Shown piece after piece: positions 38,601 through 48,834 of a stretch of 64,000 nt of DNA; the stretch's first letter is position 1; each line of letters starts with the position of its first letter. Origin of the DNA: Macrostomum lignano (taxonomy: Eukaryota); contig NIVC01001201.1 of the NCBI GenBank assembly GCA_002269645.1, positions 248,001 through 312,000 of the forward strand, in the 5' to 3' direction. The translations under genes were made by a program, and so were the position numbers. The notes beneath the pieces are model-generated. The model was given only the letters and a program-made list of their open reading frames with translations, had not been told where the DNA came from and did no database searches.

Positions 38601-38731
38601 CGGAGTTCGCGCGGGTGCTGGCCGCCATCAACGAGGAGCTGGGCGCGGCGGAGTTGTCGAACTTCGCGGACTACCTGCCGCCGGAGGGCGAGAGAGTCGA
38701 GCGGCTGAAGGCGCGGGGCTCGGAGGCCTGA
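35663..38731 (+). CDS. IQCH: IQ domain-containing protein H orthologue; true 5' boundary uncertain (candidate upstream exons ending 35027 and 35315-35424)
   Basis: Uninterrupted 1022-codon ORF. IQ motif ACALIQARWRGFAQRRRY followed by AAVVIATAW, then RVLVHIPSAG, QMARLCDIRDPNVDVVLVCPRPV, RFRLVVPE, LCLSTLLNYSPKAL, RRAFIVPG and LFQLCKARGVGFDV..TGTVF, matching IQCH. AATAAA at 38884. The TTG start in the ORF track is unlikely to be real. Confidence 0.88.
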   Translation: MFVETVFFSAGAQRCGEAQRRKRGEGVREESRAFGHTASPPQTADSALFRSIHFFSKREQAGQRQSLTLREENVEASGAAELKLVIAEAAQGLSPVMIADDSERALTSGLLSALGTEARQIPLRPTTAGLTRRARLAKPTAPLPLEEDGGSGGDGVLQLPLIDDARRQKRRKRPPAGGSSPDRLEALGPRRLGAIALRTTVEWVGDDRLAQLSLGGGKPAAPAGRLRLESAEGEGRAEQGESATRPATATASWRRRRSETSPKPMAADVADCVNTRYAVLNGRTRTEASDFEAFRRRYGRGSDWGRVAWAARGMEQFLTAYSVPIAFVNGEKLAALAEQLDLSGRRPTGAQLLDCLINRSDVARLVSQPGRRFSGPDGRFRACALIQARWRGFAQRRRYLELRRRRQAAVVIATAWLLQLRRRVARVRLSEARSQHLDGYRRRLRLLAKNWADWQRQRRVLVHIPSAGLSERTRSRLGDDGIDQLQAGQMARLCDIRDPNVDVVLVCPRPVSPEVAQYFSRLAGLQPAIRSGRAEDQADASRRFRLVVPEAVGQFRGLPLCLSTLLNYSPKALRQIREVVAGRRAFIVPGLACADDLAVADQLDLPILCPEPGALRLYSGSAGVGEILRAAGLPMPPGEAGLAASVECLADRLAALVTSNLDVGRWQVTLEDSVDEAEDADRSRRVFDPERLRCHQWALEERQRLGEAWSMSWSQESVKLKVLEELHQSDSAGLSGQCGREFLAEFAARGGCIRACADGRAARVSADLCVEPSGAVRLVSCADGGGSGGPRFVPQSALPPSRLSELCGRLGSACFERRLIGHVSVEFDVFQEGGSSAPAVLTAGLRFGYSDTAAMAQLLQFATNSSLDPVGHELTMRRRLSGGGGGGGSSGVRHRPRTAAAAVGSTGSGRQRRFAALSAGLRHSGLAAVDFGVFFQLCKARGVGFDVADLTGTVFCLAESARRDRLCVLTVSNGPHRARAEFARVLAAINEELGAAELSNFADYLPPEGERVERLKARGSEA

Positions 38732-38883
38732 CGGAGAAAATCTGTTCAGGAAAACGATGCATAAGAGAGATGCAAACAGCGGCCAAACACACGCCGGCTT
38801 CGGCTGACCTTCAGATGTCCAGCAAACTATGCAGCTAAACACTGAAGAGCTGCTCTCCCACTAATGCGTTTTGAAACTGCATA

Positions 38884-38889
38884 AATAAA
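38884..38889 (+). terminator. Polyadenylation signal AATAAA for IQCH
   Basis: Canonical hexamer about 150 nt after the IQCH stop. Confidence 0.55.
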
Positions 38890-39373
38890 CTGTGCCTTTA
38901 AGTTTCCATAATTTTCAAGTGCGTGACAGACACTCTTACTGCAAGTAGCCAATTTGGAGTTGTTTGGAGTTGAAGTACTACTCACAGTACGAACTTTGAT
39001 TAGCGATGTACCTCACTGAGTGTGATTGAAATATTAATTATGCTTTGCATTTTAGCTCTGGTAGGGTAGCAGTGAAGGCAGTGAAGCTCTGTACAGATAA
39101 ATAAACTACTATGAGTAGCGCATGTGTGTTGCTCAGTACAGCACTGGGCTTGAACTGCACTTTAGCAAAGAATTGAATGTTTATTTGTGAATTTATGTAG
39201 AAAATCTATTTATTGCATATTTTTATCCCATTGCGATTTCTCAGAATCCCACAACGCCGCGGGGCTTCCTTCTGTTCGATGATGAGCACCAGATGCTGCC
39301 GGGGTCGCGTGCTTCTCAGGTACTCAGCTCAAGCGGCTGCCACCTGCCCTTGGGAAAATCCCCGACCCCAATC

Positions 39374-39765
39374 TGACACCCATATTGTAGCGTCTGACAC
39401 CCATATTTTAGCATCTGACACCCACATTGTAGCATCTGACACCCACATTGTAGATTCTGACACCCACATTGTAGCATCTGACACCCACATTGTAGCATCT
39501 GACACACACATTGTAGCATCTGACACCCACATTGTAGCATCTGACACACACATTGTAGCATCTGACACCCACATTTTAGCATCTGACACCCACATTGTAG
39601 CATCTGACACCCACATTTTAGCATCTGACACCCACATTGTAGCATCTGACACCCACATTGTAGATTCTGACACCCACATTGTAGCATCTGACACCCACAT
39701 TGTAGGATCTGACACCCACATTGTAGATTCTGACACCCACATTGTAGCGTCTGACACCCACATTG
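39374..39765 (+). repeat. 21-bp minisatellite CATCTGACACCCACATTGTAG, ~18 copies
   Basis: Directly visible between the convergent IQCH and beta-subunit genes. Confidence 0.96.
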
Positions 39766-40019
39766 TACGCCCATCTTGTAGCTCTTGTGACCGCCGGGAC
39801 ATTTTGTGGCTTCTGACAGCCGTTATAATTCTATTGAAACTGAAATAACGTTAATTTAAATCAAGTAACTATAAAAGGTGAAAGATTTTCAGTAATTGTC
39901 CAGCAAAAGAAGAGGACATGATTGATATCAGAGTCAGAATCCAGCTCAGATAAAGCAGAGCCATAGGTGTCAGTCAGCAACACTTTCATTCGCCGGGCTG
40001 CTCAACTGCAGCTCAGGTT

Positions 40020-40850
40020 CTACTTGAACAGCAGCTGCAGCCGCGCCGATGTGCTGGCGTTTCTCAGAATCTCGTTGTCCAGCCAGCAGGTGACGCTGAT
40101 CAAGACGTTCCTCGGCGGCCGCCTCAGCTGCACCATCGCCACTGGGGGCAGGTAGAACGGCGAGTCAGTCACGTACGGGAAGAAGTACCTGGGGAAGTAG
40201 GTGAAGGATTGGGAGAGGTACCGCATGGTGGGGTAGTAGGCCAGGCTGATGTTGGCCCCGGACACCGAGCATGCGATTCTGGGGTTCTCCGAGTAGTTCC
40301 TCGACAGCTGCGGTCCCGCCTTCACGAGGACGCACGGGTCGCCCCTGACGTAGCCGAAGGCCGCGTAGGCGTTGCAGGGGCCGAAGGCGGCAACGGATGG
40401 CACGCAGGTCTCGCCGACGGTCGGGTAGCGCTGCTCGCTGGCGCAGTCCGTGGGGCGCCGGCGGCCCCGGCTCAGCAGCGGGCGCCACACGCGGACCGAT
40501 GCGTGGCTGAGCTGCTGACCGAGCCGCGACAACAGCATCGCCATGGCCTCCGAGTTGGCCGGGTCCACCTCCACCCGGGGACCGCCGAAGTGGCTCCGAG
40601 GCTCGAGCAGCAGGTAGCCGGTGGGCGCCGGCTTGAGCAGCAGCAGGCAGACGACGGCGAGGAAGCCGGCGGCGAACAGCGTCATAATGGCCACGGCCAA
40701 AGCCACCTGGATCTTCAGCTGGTTGTCGGCGCTGCTGTCCACCTCTGTGACGGGTGCCGGCGCCGGTTCTTTCGTCGAGTCGACGGGGAAGTAGCGCGGC
40801 GAAAACCGGGACTGCCGCCGGGCGTACTTGGCGCGCTGCGGCTCCGACAT
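40020..40850 (-). CDS. Divergent Na+/K+-ATPase beta-subunit-like type II membrane protein, intronless, 276 aa
   Basis: One N-proximal TM segment (IQVALAVAIMTLFAAGFLAVVCLLLL). GPCNAYAAFGYVRGDPCVLVK resembles beta-subunit GxCS..YGY..GKPC..IK; FPRYFFPY..YLPPVAMVQ resembles FP..YYPY..YxQPLVAVQF; C-terminal ISVTCW. Six ectodomain Cys at the expected positions. Confidence 0.75.
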   Translation of the reverse strand: MSEPQRAKYARRQSRFSPRYFPVDSTKEPAPAPVTEVDSSADNQLKIQVALAVAIMTLFAAGFLAVVCLLLLKPAPTGYLLLEPRSHFGGPRVEVDPANSEAMAMLLSRLGQQLSHASVRVWRPLLSRGRRRPTDCASEQRYPTVGETCVPSVAAFGPCNAYAAFGYVRGDPCVLVKAGPQLSRNYSENPRIACSVSGANISLAYYPTMRYLSQSFTYFPRYFFPYVTDSPFYLPPVAMVQLRRPPRNVLISVTCWLDNEILRNASTSARLQLLFK

Positions 40851-41469
40851 GGCCTGAGAGAGCAGCTGAACAGCCTCGGCGCATTGAGCAGTGCGAGCTT
40901 CGCTTTTATAGGGCCTGGCATCCCATCCTCCCTGCTCTCCCCGCTCCCCCCACTAGCTCCTCATCCCCTTTTTGGTCGAGCAATTTCCGATGGAGTTCCG
41001 CTGACAAGGCGAGCTGCCTGCCGCTGCAGCGCCTCGTCCGAATGCAATCGACTTTGAATGCTGGATGGGGCTGGATGAGGGAGGCTGGAGGCTGGGGGGA
41101 GGGACAGAAAGGAAGGCAGATGGCTATTAATAATCTCCCACACACGCGCTCACAATGGCCTCGGGAAAATCATGCGCGACTGATTTTTTCGGCTTTGTAT
41201 ATAGCAGACTGTAGTGGGAAGTGAACTATGCTGAGTAGAGATCCCACCTGAGCCTTATCAATCTGCGAGGTGATCTCACTGGTCACGCCGAGCAGGCATT
41301 TTGTCCTCTGAGACTCTGAAGCAGCAGACAGGCTATTTTATAGCATTAGAGCAACGTTTCTTGAGGTAGACATAAAACTCGTAGTTAATTAATTCAATAG
41401 AATATTAATTAGTTGCAATATTCTCTGCTAGGTGGTCAGGTGTGGCAGCCAGTGGTACAGCCGCATGTG

Positions 41470-41585
41470 GATGCACTGTGTACAAGCACTGTGTACAAGC
41501 ACTGTGTACATGCACTGTGTACATGCACTGTGTACATGCAATGTGTACATTGTGTGCATACACTGTTTAGAAGCACTGTGTACAA
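41470..41585 (+). repeat. 13-bp repeat GCACTGTGTACAT
   Basis: About 6-8 degenerate copies, directly visible. Confidence 0.8.
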
Positions 41586-42634
41586 TAAAGTATGTTTTCA
41601 GCATGATAGAGGTCGAACTTGTCGGCAAGAGACTATGAAAGACAAGGTACGACCTGTTTCAGATTTCCGAAGGAGGATAAGAAGCCGTTGCGACATGCAA
41701 AACTTTCACCGAACTCAAAGGCGGCAACTTAGGAAGCGTCTCAGCTTGAGCTTGCAAGTTTGAGCTTCATAGAACGGCCCCAGGTATTCAGGGGTCCCCA
41801 GGCTGTATGAGCGCCCAGGCTGCATAAATTTCTGTCTGTCTGCAGCAGTCAGTTCGCGTAAGACTCTTATGTGCAGGTATGTGCAGGTATGTCGATGTGA
41901 TGCATCGCTGAGCAGGATATTCTATTGAATCATTCCGCATTTCGGCTCTGAGCGTTCGGGCAGGGCGGAAATCGATATGGCATTATCCCCTTGCAGCGTT
42001 CAGCCAGGTTTTTCGGGAAAATAATCCCCACCTTGTTCTAGTAGGGTGCATTAGCATCGAAATGTATTCAGAGATTATTGTGCTACGGGCTGGAGAGTGC
42101 TTAGGCTTATCTGTGTGGCTAGCAAATGTCACTTCATGGACTGGAAAGCCTTACAAATTTGCCCATCTTGCAGTGGACTTTTACCGCCGAAAGCGAAGAC
42201 GACGCGCCGATTCTGCAGGAAGCATCGAAAAAGTGCGAATGCAGGAAGGCTGGGAGTTTTGCTGCCTTATTGGCTCTGCTGTGCAGCTGGCGCCTGCATG
42301 CGTTCTTTCCGTCCGATAATCCGGGACTTGGAGAGCAAAGGAACCTGGGGGTGTGGCACTGCTGCAGGCCCGCATTCAACATTTGGGAATGGCCAACCGA
42401 AATGCCATCCAGGTTCCTCGCTCTCAGTTCGAACTTTTCTACCCCCCCCCCTTCTTCCCCGATCTGACGGACCCCGTTGAAGGTATTCGGGAACTCGGGA
42501 AAAAATCGGGATGGTAAAACCCAGGTGACCCCCCTGGTTCGAAAGCGCTTTTCGAACTCCCCCCTCTCCCAGGGAGTCAGGGGGATAGAAATGCCCCGGC
42601 ACGAGCGCTGTGCCTCCGGAAAAATTCGGTCGCG

Positions 42635-45600
42635 ATGTTCCGCTCAGCCAAGAGGACCCTCGCAACCGGCGCTGGCCGATCCGGCTCCTACCTGCGCGAC
42701 ATTCTCGCGCGACCTTCGGGTGGCGTCGAGGCCCCCAGCGACGACGGAGCCAATGACGCCCTCCAGCCGATGCTGCAGGCGTACGATGAGAAGAACTTCA
42801 CTGAGTTGGGACGCCTCCTAGGTGAGGGCGCGAACCCGCACTTGCCTCTCCGGGACAACCGGACGCTGGTGCAGCTGGCCGCCTTCGACGGCAACCTGCA
42901 GGCGCTGCGACTGTTCAAGGAGCAGGGCGTCGATTTGAACCGACGCGGACCGGACGGCAAAGTGCCGCTGCATCACGCGCTCAGTGCCAGGCGGCTGCTG
43001 ACTGTCAAGAGGATGTGCCAGCTCGGCGCCAGTCCTGATGTGCCCTACTCGTCTGGCGCCTACCCGGTACACCGGTACAGCGGCCAGGCCAGTGTGGAGG
43101 TCATCCGATGCCTGCTCAGTAAGTTGTTGAGAAGACTACTTAAGGCTTTGAACCCCAACTAGTTCTTGATCGGGGAAGAAATTGCCTACATTTAGGCTCG
43201 TAAATCACATTATACTCGTAAGAACAATCAGAATAATTGGCAGAAAATTTTAGGCCTTTAAAGCTCTGACTGAATTAAAATCACTGTCAGAGATCACGGA
43301 TGCAGAGTCACCATCATCAGCATAGGAAACGCTGCTGTGTGCGCTGCGTCCTTCTCCCACATTGGCAGCCTCTAAAACTGCCTACCTGCCAAAGGGTGCA
43401 TCTACGAGCGTATTAATCTTGCGAATAGGACAGCAACATGTGCTGCAGCGGTGCGTTGATGAAAACTGCAATCCAGATGCCGCTGCACTCGCAACATTGA
43501 AGGAACAGTTGGCCCAGGTTTTTCAAATACAGATCTATAGTGGCTGCTGCTAAGAGAAACAGGGGTCTGCAGCAAGCAGATAAGGTCACAAAGAGGAAGG
43601 AGCCTTGAACGTCATTCCTAACCCTAACATTTCTGTAGCAGCAAGCCAGGGCTGAAAAGCTTGGTGGCAGCCGTTGAAGCCGCGAATGCTTTCATATAAT
43701 GGGCAACCGAAATCGATTGGTCATATTTCAGCATGCAACGAAGCTCGAGTGTTGCCTTACTAGTGTAGAACAAATACTACTTCCAAGTCGCCAGTAGTAG
43801 CAAGAAATGCGTTTTGCAGTGAAATTTTGGCAGGTTCCTCTATTCTCTTGAAACTCATGCGCTCATTGAACTTTTTAAGTCTTCCAGGCTAAAGTATTGA
43901 ATTCCAGCCAATGGCTTGGAAGCTGGTTTGGCTGGTTCCCATACGAATCCCATCATCTACTGCTTCCAGGGGACTGTAAAGCCAGACTGGACGTGTACGA
44001 CAGGCTCAACAACACTCCGCTGCACCGCGCCTGCCTCGAGGACTCGTTTCACCACGTGCTGGAGCTGATTGACTATTGCAGTGAGCAGATTCTCAACCAC
44101 CGCGGCTACGAGGGCAAGACCGCCTTGCACGTGGCTGTGCTTAACCAAAACCGGCGAATCATTCGCCTGCTGCTCACCCGCGGCTCCTTCGTCGACGTGC
44201 CCGCCAGCAACGGCAAGACGGCCATCGACCTGATAATGGGCGCTAATAATGTTGTGCTCATGAGCGACTTGGCTCATTTCTACACCGACCAGATGTCGGC
44301 GGCGGTGACCGCCACAAGCTTCAAGGAGTTGCTTGACGCGCCGCAATTCCTGCAGTACCTGGGCTTTCTGGACGCTGTGGACAACGAGTTCCAGGTGTGC
44401 AGCGTGCCGTACATTGACCTAGGCGAGGAGGAAGAGAAGCAGTTACTGAAGAAGGTAGTGAAGGATGAAAACATGGATCTCATCGAGTTTAAGGAGATTT
44501 TGATGAAGCTACTCCAGACCGAGGTGTTCCATGTGCTCTGCGACGAACAGAACGACTCCTTGCTGCGGAGAATGGCGGCCAACGTAGTCAGATACGTGCT
44601 GTTTCGTGAAGATGCAGTCATGTTAAAGAAGCTGGTTGCCTGCGGCCTTGTATGGAACCGTATCGAGGTCCTAATTGAGAACAAGCTCGAAGCGCTGTAC
44701 CTGCATACCCCAGACCGCGGATTCGCTGGAATGCTGACTCACTTCTATCGGCACTTTGCCAGTGAACACAAAGTTCAGTGGGGACATCTGGCTAGGCACT
44801 ACGGCCAGCGTTGCAGCGCCTTCGGAATGCAGGCCGACCGAGGCGGCCTGAACCAGGACGTTGCCTTCCTCCGCCACCCGATGCACACGCTGGTAATTTG
44901 GAGCATCCTGGCCGGCCGCAGCAAGCTCACGGAAATTCTACTACAGCGCGAGAGATTCGACGTTTTGCCGATGTCGCTATTTTGCGCGGCACTGCTCCGC
45001 ACCTTCAAGGACAACCCGAGCGTCAACGTGGACCCCGACAGCCTGGAAGAAAAGGCGCTGGCTTGTGAGAAGTTTGCCGTGAATATTGCAGAGACCGTGT
45101 TTGAGGTGGACACCTCCTATGATAAGTGCGTGACCACCGACTTCCTGCTGTACCCGCTACCCACCTATGGAAACGTTTCCTGTATGGACCTCGCCGCGAA
45201 GAACAGCTCTGCCCTGTTTCTGCAGAGCCCTCCATGCCAGATCGCTCTAGAGAAGAAATGGTACGGCACTCTGTATGATGCGAACGCCATCATCCGCGAG
45301 ATAATTATTTGGTTGGGCGTTATTCCCCTGAACCCAATCATACCGTGGTACCTGATGCGTCAGGAGCGAATCCTGAAGATTATGGACGAGCGGCACCGCA
45401 GCCCCACCAAAAAGAGCAGCTGCGATTCGGCTGAAAGTCAGGACTGCAGCTTCCTGCTGACCGACAGCCCCTCCGCGAAGGATGCCATTGTGGCAGAGAC
45501 TGACCCAGACGAGTCGGCGACGCCGACGGGGAAAATAGCAAAGGCGCCAATGAATCCGCCTCTAAAGAGGACAAGAAGAAGCAGGATAGTAGCGGCGAGC

Positions 45601-48210
45601 AGCAGCACCCAGCAGACGGTGTCAAAAAATCGCCTTCCACCGCGGGGGCCGGAGCGGTGGCGCGCCAGGAATGCTTCTTGTACCGATGGGCGCTGCATCT
45701 GTACGACTTTTACCATATCCCCGCAGTGAAGTTCCGCTACCACGCTACGTCGCACGTAATTATGGTGCTGCTCATGTCATACATCCTGCTCTACAACTGG
45801 GAGTACTCGATTGACATGATTGAGTGCATTATGTACTCCATCGTTTTTGGCTACCTAATTGAGGAGATCGGAGAGTTCGTCAGCATCGTCCGGGAAGAAA
45901 ACGTGAGAAACTTCTTCGCCAGCAAATGGAACATTATCGACATCGGCGCTGTGCTGTGCGCCATGATCAGCTTCAGCATCCGGCTCACTCGCCTCGACTA
46001 CGTCATGGACACGAAGGAAGAGCACTTTTGGATGGACTTTGACGATACCGTCTGGTACATCGCGCGTGTCTTTTTAAGTAAGTTTATGGATGACTTAGCT
46101 GGAATACTTCTGTCAGTTTCGACACCTATTCGTTGAGCTGAGCGCAGAACCTGGTTAAAGCAATGGGTTGATAGAAATAGGCGTGTACGGATCTGCCCAA
46201 ATCAGATGGACCCCTTATTTCAATCCGAATGCAAATGATAGGTCTAGGATGCGGTGATATATGGCGTAGGATCCAGGTTGTTAAAATCCAGGATGTCAGT
46301 CGTAAGATCCATGACGACAGGAGTAGAATCCAGGATTTCAAGAGTCAAATCCAGTATGTCAGGCATAAGATCCTAAGATCATAAGATAGGAGCTAAGTAT
46401 GAAATGATAGAACAGGAATACGAGCTAAATCGGAATTCTGATGGCTACTCGTAGGTTAATCAGTCAGCACGTTTCAATTACAGGCGTCTCCTGCCTTCTC
46501 TACTGGGTCCGGCTGCTGTACATCTCCACGGTGATGGAAACCCTCGGCCCAAAGCTGAAGATGATCGCCCGCATGACCAGCAAAGACATGATCCCGTTCC
46601 TATTCATTCTTTTCATCTTCATATTCGGCTTCGGCGTTCTCATCCACGCGCTGTTGTTCCCGAACGGGTTCAAGGCCTACAACCCGGAGCAGATGAGCTC
46701 GATTGATGTGGTGCTGGCCATGTTCAAAATCTGCTTCTACAGCATGGTCGGGGACTACAGCCTGGATACAATCATGGGTGACGACAGCTGCGATGCGATC
46801 TACGAGAACAAGACGTTTAACTCGAACGGCTGCCCTCACAACACCGGCAGGTCAGAGCCGGATTAACATTCTACCGAATTATTACTGTGTGCGAATGAGT
46901 AGTTCTTTGGCATTCATTGGTGATTCAGTGCCCCAAGAGTTCATCAACCGGTTGGTGATCGGCATGCCAAACAGGGGCATATGGCGCCTTTTTACAGAAT
47001 AGCTTTCGCACCCCTGGAGCCTGGAACTGGCTCTACTTCAAGAAATATCCTTGATACGCTCCTAATGCCACGACTAGTGATGACACAAGCATTCTCGTCA
47101 TTCTTTCACACGTTACTGAAGAAAGGCAGACACATGCAGAGTTGGCATAAGCTTGATACTCAGCAAAGGAAAGCTAAAATCAATGCCATCAATACCTGGG
47201 TTCATTCAGCCAGCGAGCCAAGCTATGAATTGAGGGGGGGCGTAGCCTGTGGTCCAGCGCGGCGCTCTTGTATGCCAGCGGCCCAGGCTCAATTTCAAGT
47301 GCAGTCACATTAAGTTGGGGCAAAATTTGAATCTCCAGCAAAATTTTCAAGATTTGCGAGTCCTTCTGCTTCAACTGTCCATGCTTGATCTTCAATGAAA
47401 ACCTTTCCCAGATATCTGGTGCCTTACTTCGTCCTGCCTCTCTACGTGATCGTTACGGAGATCCTCCTGCTCAACTTGATCATCGCACTGTTCAGCAAGA
47501 CGGTCGACGAGATCGACTCCAATTCCAAGGCCCTGTGGCAGTTCGAACGCAACGACCTCATCGAGGAGTTCCGCGGTCGGACCTCGCTGCCCCCTCCGTT
47601 GAACGTCATCCCGCTGGCCACCCGACTGCTGCTGCACGTCGTCAGGCGGCTCTGCCCGACAGCTCTGCTGCGCTTCCAGAGGGCTGCCCAGTTCAACCAG
47701 AAGCTGATCCTGCAGTTCCTGCTGTTTCAGGTTTGCCTTTGTCGGATCGACGGCTCCCTGAGCTCACTTTCTGAACTCACTCTACTCCCTTAACTCACTG
47801 CCCTGAACTCACTCCTTAAAATCACTCTTGAAATCAGTCTCTGAAACTACTGGCCAGAACTAATCCCTTGAACTCCCTGAACTCTCCGACAGGCGGTGAG
47901 TCTGCGCAACCAGCGCCAGCACATGATGGAGCAGTGCTGTGGCCTCGCCGACGACCAGAGTGAGCAGCTCTGCCAGCGCATCCAGGATATCGTCGAGACC
48001 GAGCTACTGAAGTCGAAGAAGTCCAATGAGCATCAGCCGTCCTCCTCGGCTAAGCCGTCATTGACGAAGCCGAAGACGGACGCGGAGGTGGGCGAGAAGG
48101 AGGGCACCATCGACGCCATCTCGGCGTCAATCATGAACGCTGAGCCGCAGAAAAAGCGGCGCGATTCGCAGCTGTCCGCGGTGTCCCAGGAGCCCGAGCA
48201 GAAGGATTAG
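42635..48210 (+). CDS. TRP channel: ~6-7 N-terminal ankyrin repeats plus TRPM-type MHR3/4, S1-S6, TRP box and short coiled coil; 5 exons, ~1,200 aa; 1-nt frameshift at ~45513
   Basis: Exons 42635-43118, 43970-46077, 46484-46850, 47412-47730, 47893-48210, phases 1/1/2/0 consistent. Ankyrin motifs GKVPLHHA, NNTPLHRAC, GKTALHVAV. TRPM signatures LVIWSILAGR, YGNVSCMDLA..F..PPCQIALEKKWYG, FYHIPAVKF, YWVRLL..LGPKLKMI, ILLLNLIIALF, LWQFERNDLIEEF..SLPPPLNVI. Confidence 0.9.
47234..47333 (+). mobile_element. tRNA-derived SINE head (copy C), degenerate, in TRP intron 3
   Basis: GGGGGGGCGTAGCC...GCCAGCGGCCCAGGCTCAATTTCAAGTGCAGTCACATTAAGTTGGGGC aligns colinearly with the reverse complement of 25038-25137. 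Confidence 0.7.
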
Positions 48211-48834
48211 CGGAACTGAATCCGCCTGAGCTGACTGATTGCCGGCTTTGACCTTGAAGTTGGTCGATTTATAACTGTGAAACGCATCTAATACTACTGA
48301 ACAGGCGCACGTCAGCACGAAACGCTTTTCTAGGTTTGATAGCTGAAAATATTTATTTCATCAGCTTTGCTTTAGTCAATGCGCTCTGTTTAGCATATCG
48401 CAATTTCGGCTGAGCTATTCAAACCCATCGAAGACCGTCTGTTGCTTAATTATTAGGTTTAATTATTTTCAACTTTCAAGTAGCCTTTACTTGCTAAGCT
48501 TTACTTTATTCTGCTTTAAATTTGGCTACTCACTGCAGTGCCCATTTAACCAGCCAAGCCATCAATATTGGATCAAACAGTTGCTCCTTGCATGGTCATC
48601 TCGAAAGTAGATTCTAAGAAGTATCCACGAGCATAGTCATAACTGAGTATCTACGCGATCGCAAAAATCGAGGCTAAAATTTTGTTTATTATTTTCAGCT
48701 TCTTATTACATGCTTTGATAACTTGCATCGCAAAAATGGCATGTTACAAGTTCCGTAGCTACTGCTGCTTCTGTTTTTTTAAATAAAAGGTTGGTAATTG
48801 GATTATAGGTAATTTCTAGTTCTTGGGCAGCTGA

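Noticed and set aside
35828-38842. Long antisense and alternative-frame ORFs overlapping IQCH (e.g. 35828-37051, 38048-38842), and similar ones over ENT4, the beta-like gene and the TRP gene
   Set aside because: Expected shadows of very GC-rich coding sequence; no recognisable domains.
39204-39220. TTTATTGCAT resembling the end of a flatworm spliced-leader sequence as I recall it
   Set aside because: Only ~10 nt match in AT-rich DNA, with no adjacent donor or Sm site.
39213-39848. 211-aa ORF with SDTHIVA repeats and the antisense Cys-rich ORF
   Set aside because: Translations of a 21-bp minisatellite; no splice or homology support.
43362-43553. 63-aa ORF as an extra TRP exon
   Set aside because: Exons 1 and 2 already join in phase and complete an ankyrin repeat; the ORF has a TTG start and no motif.
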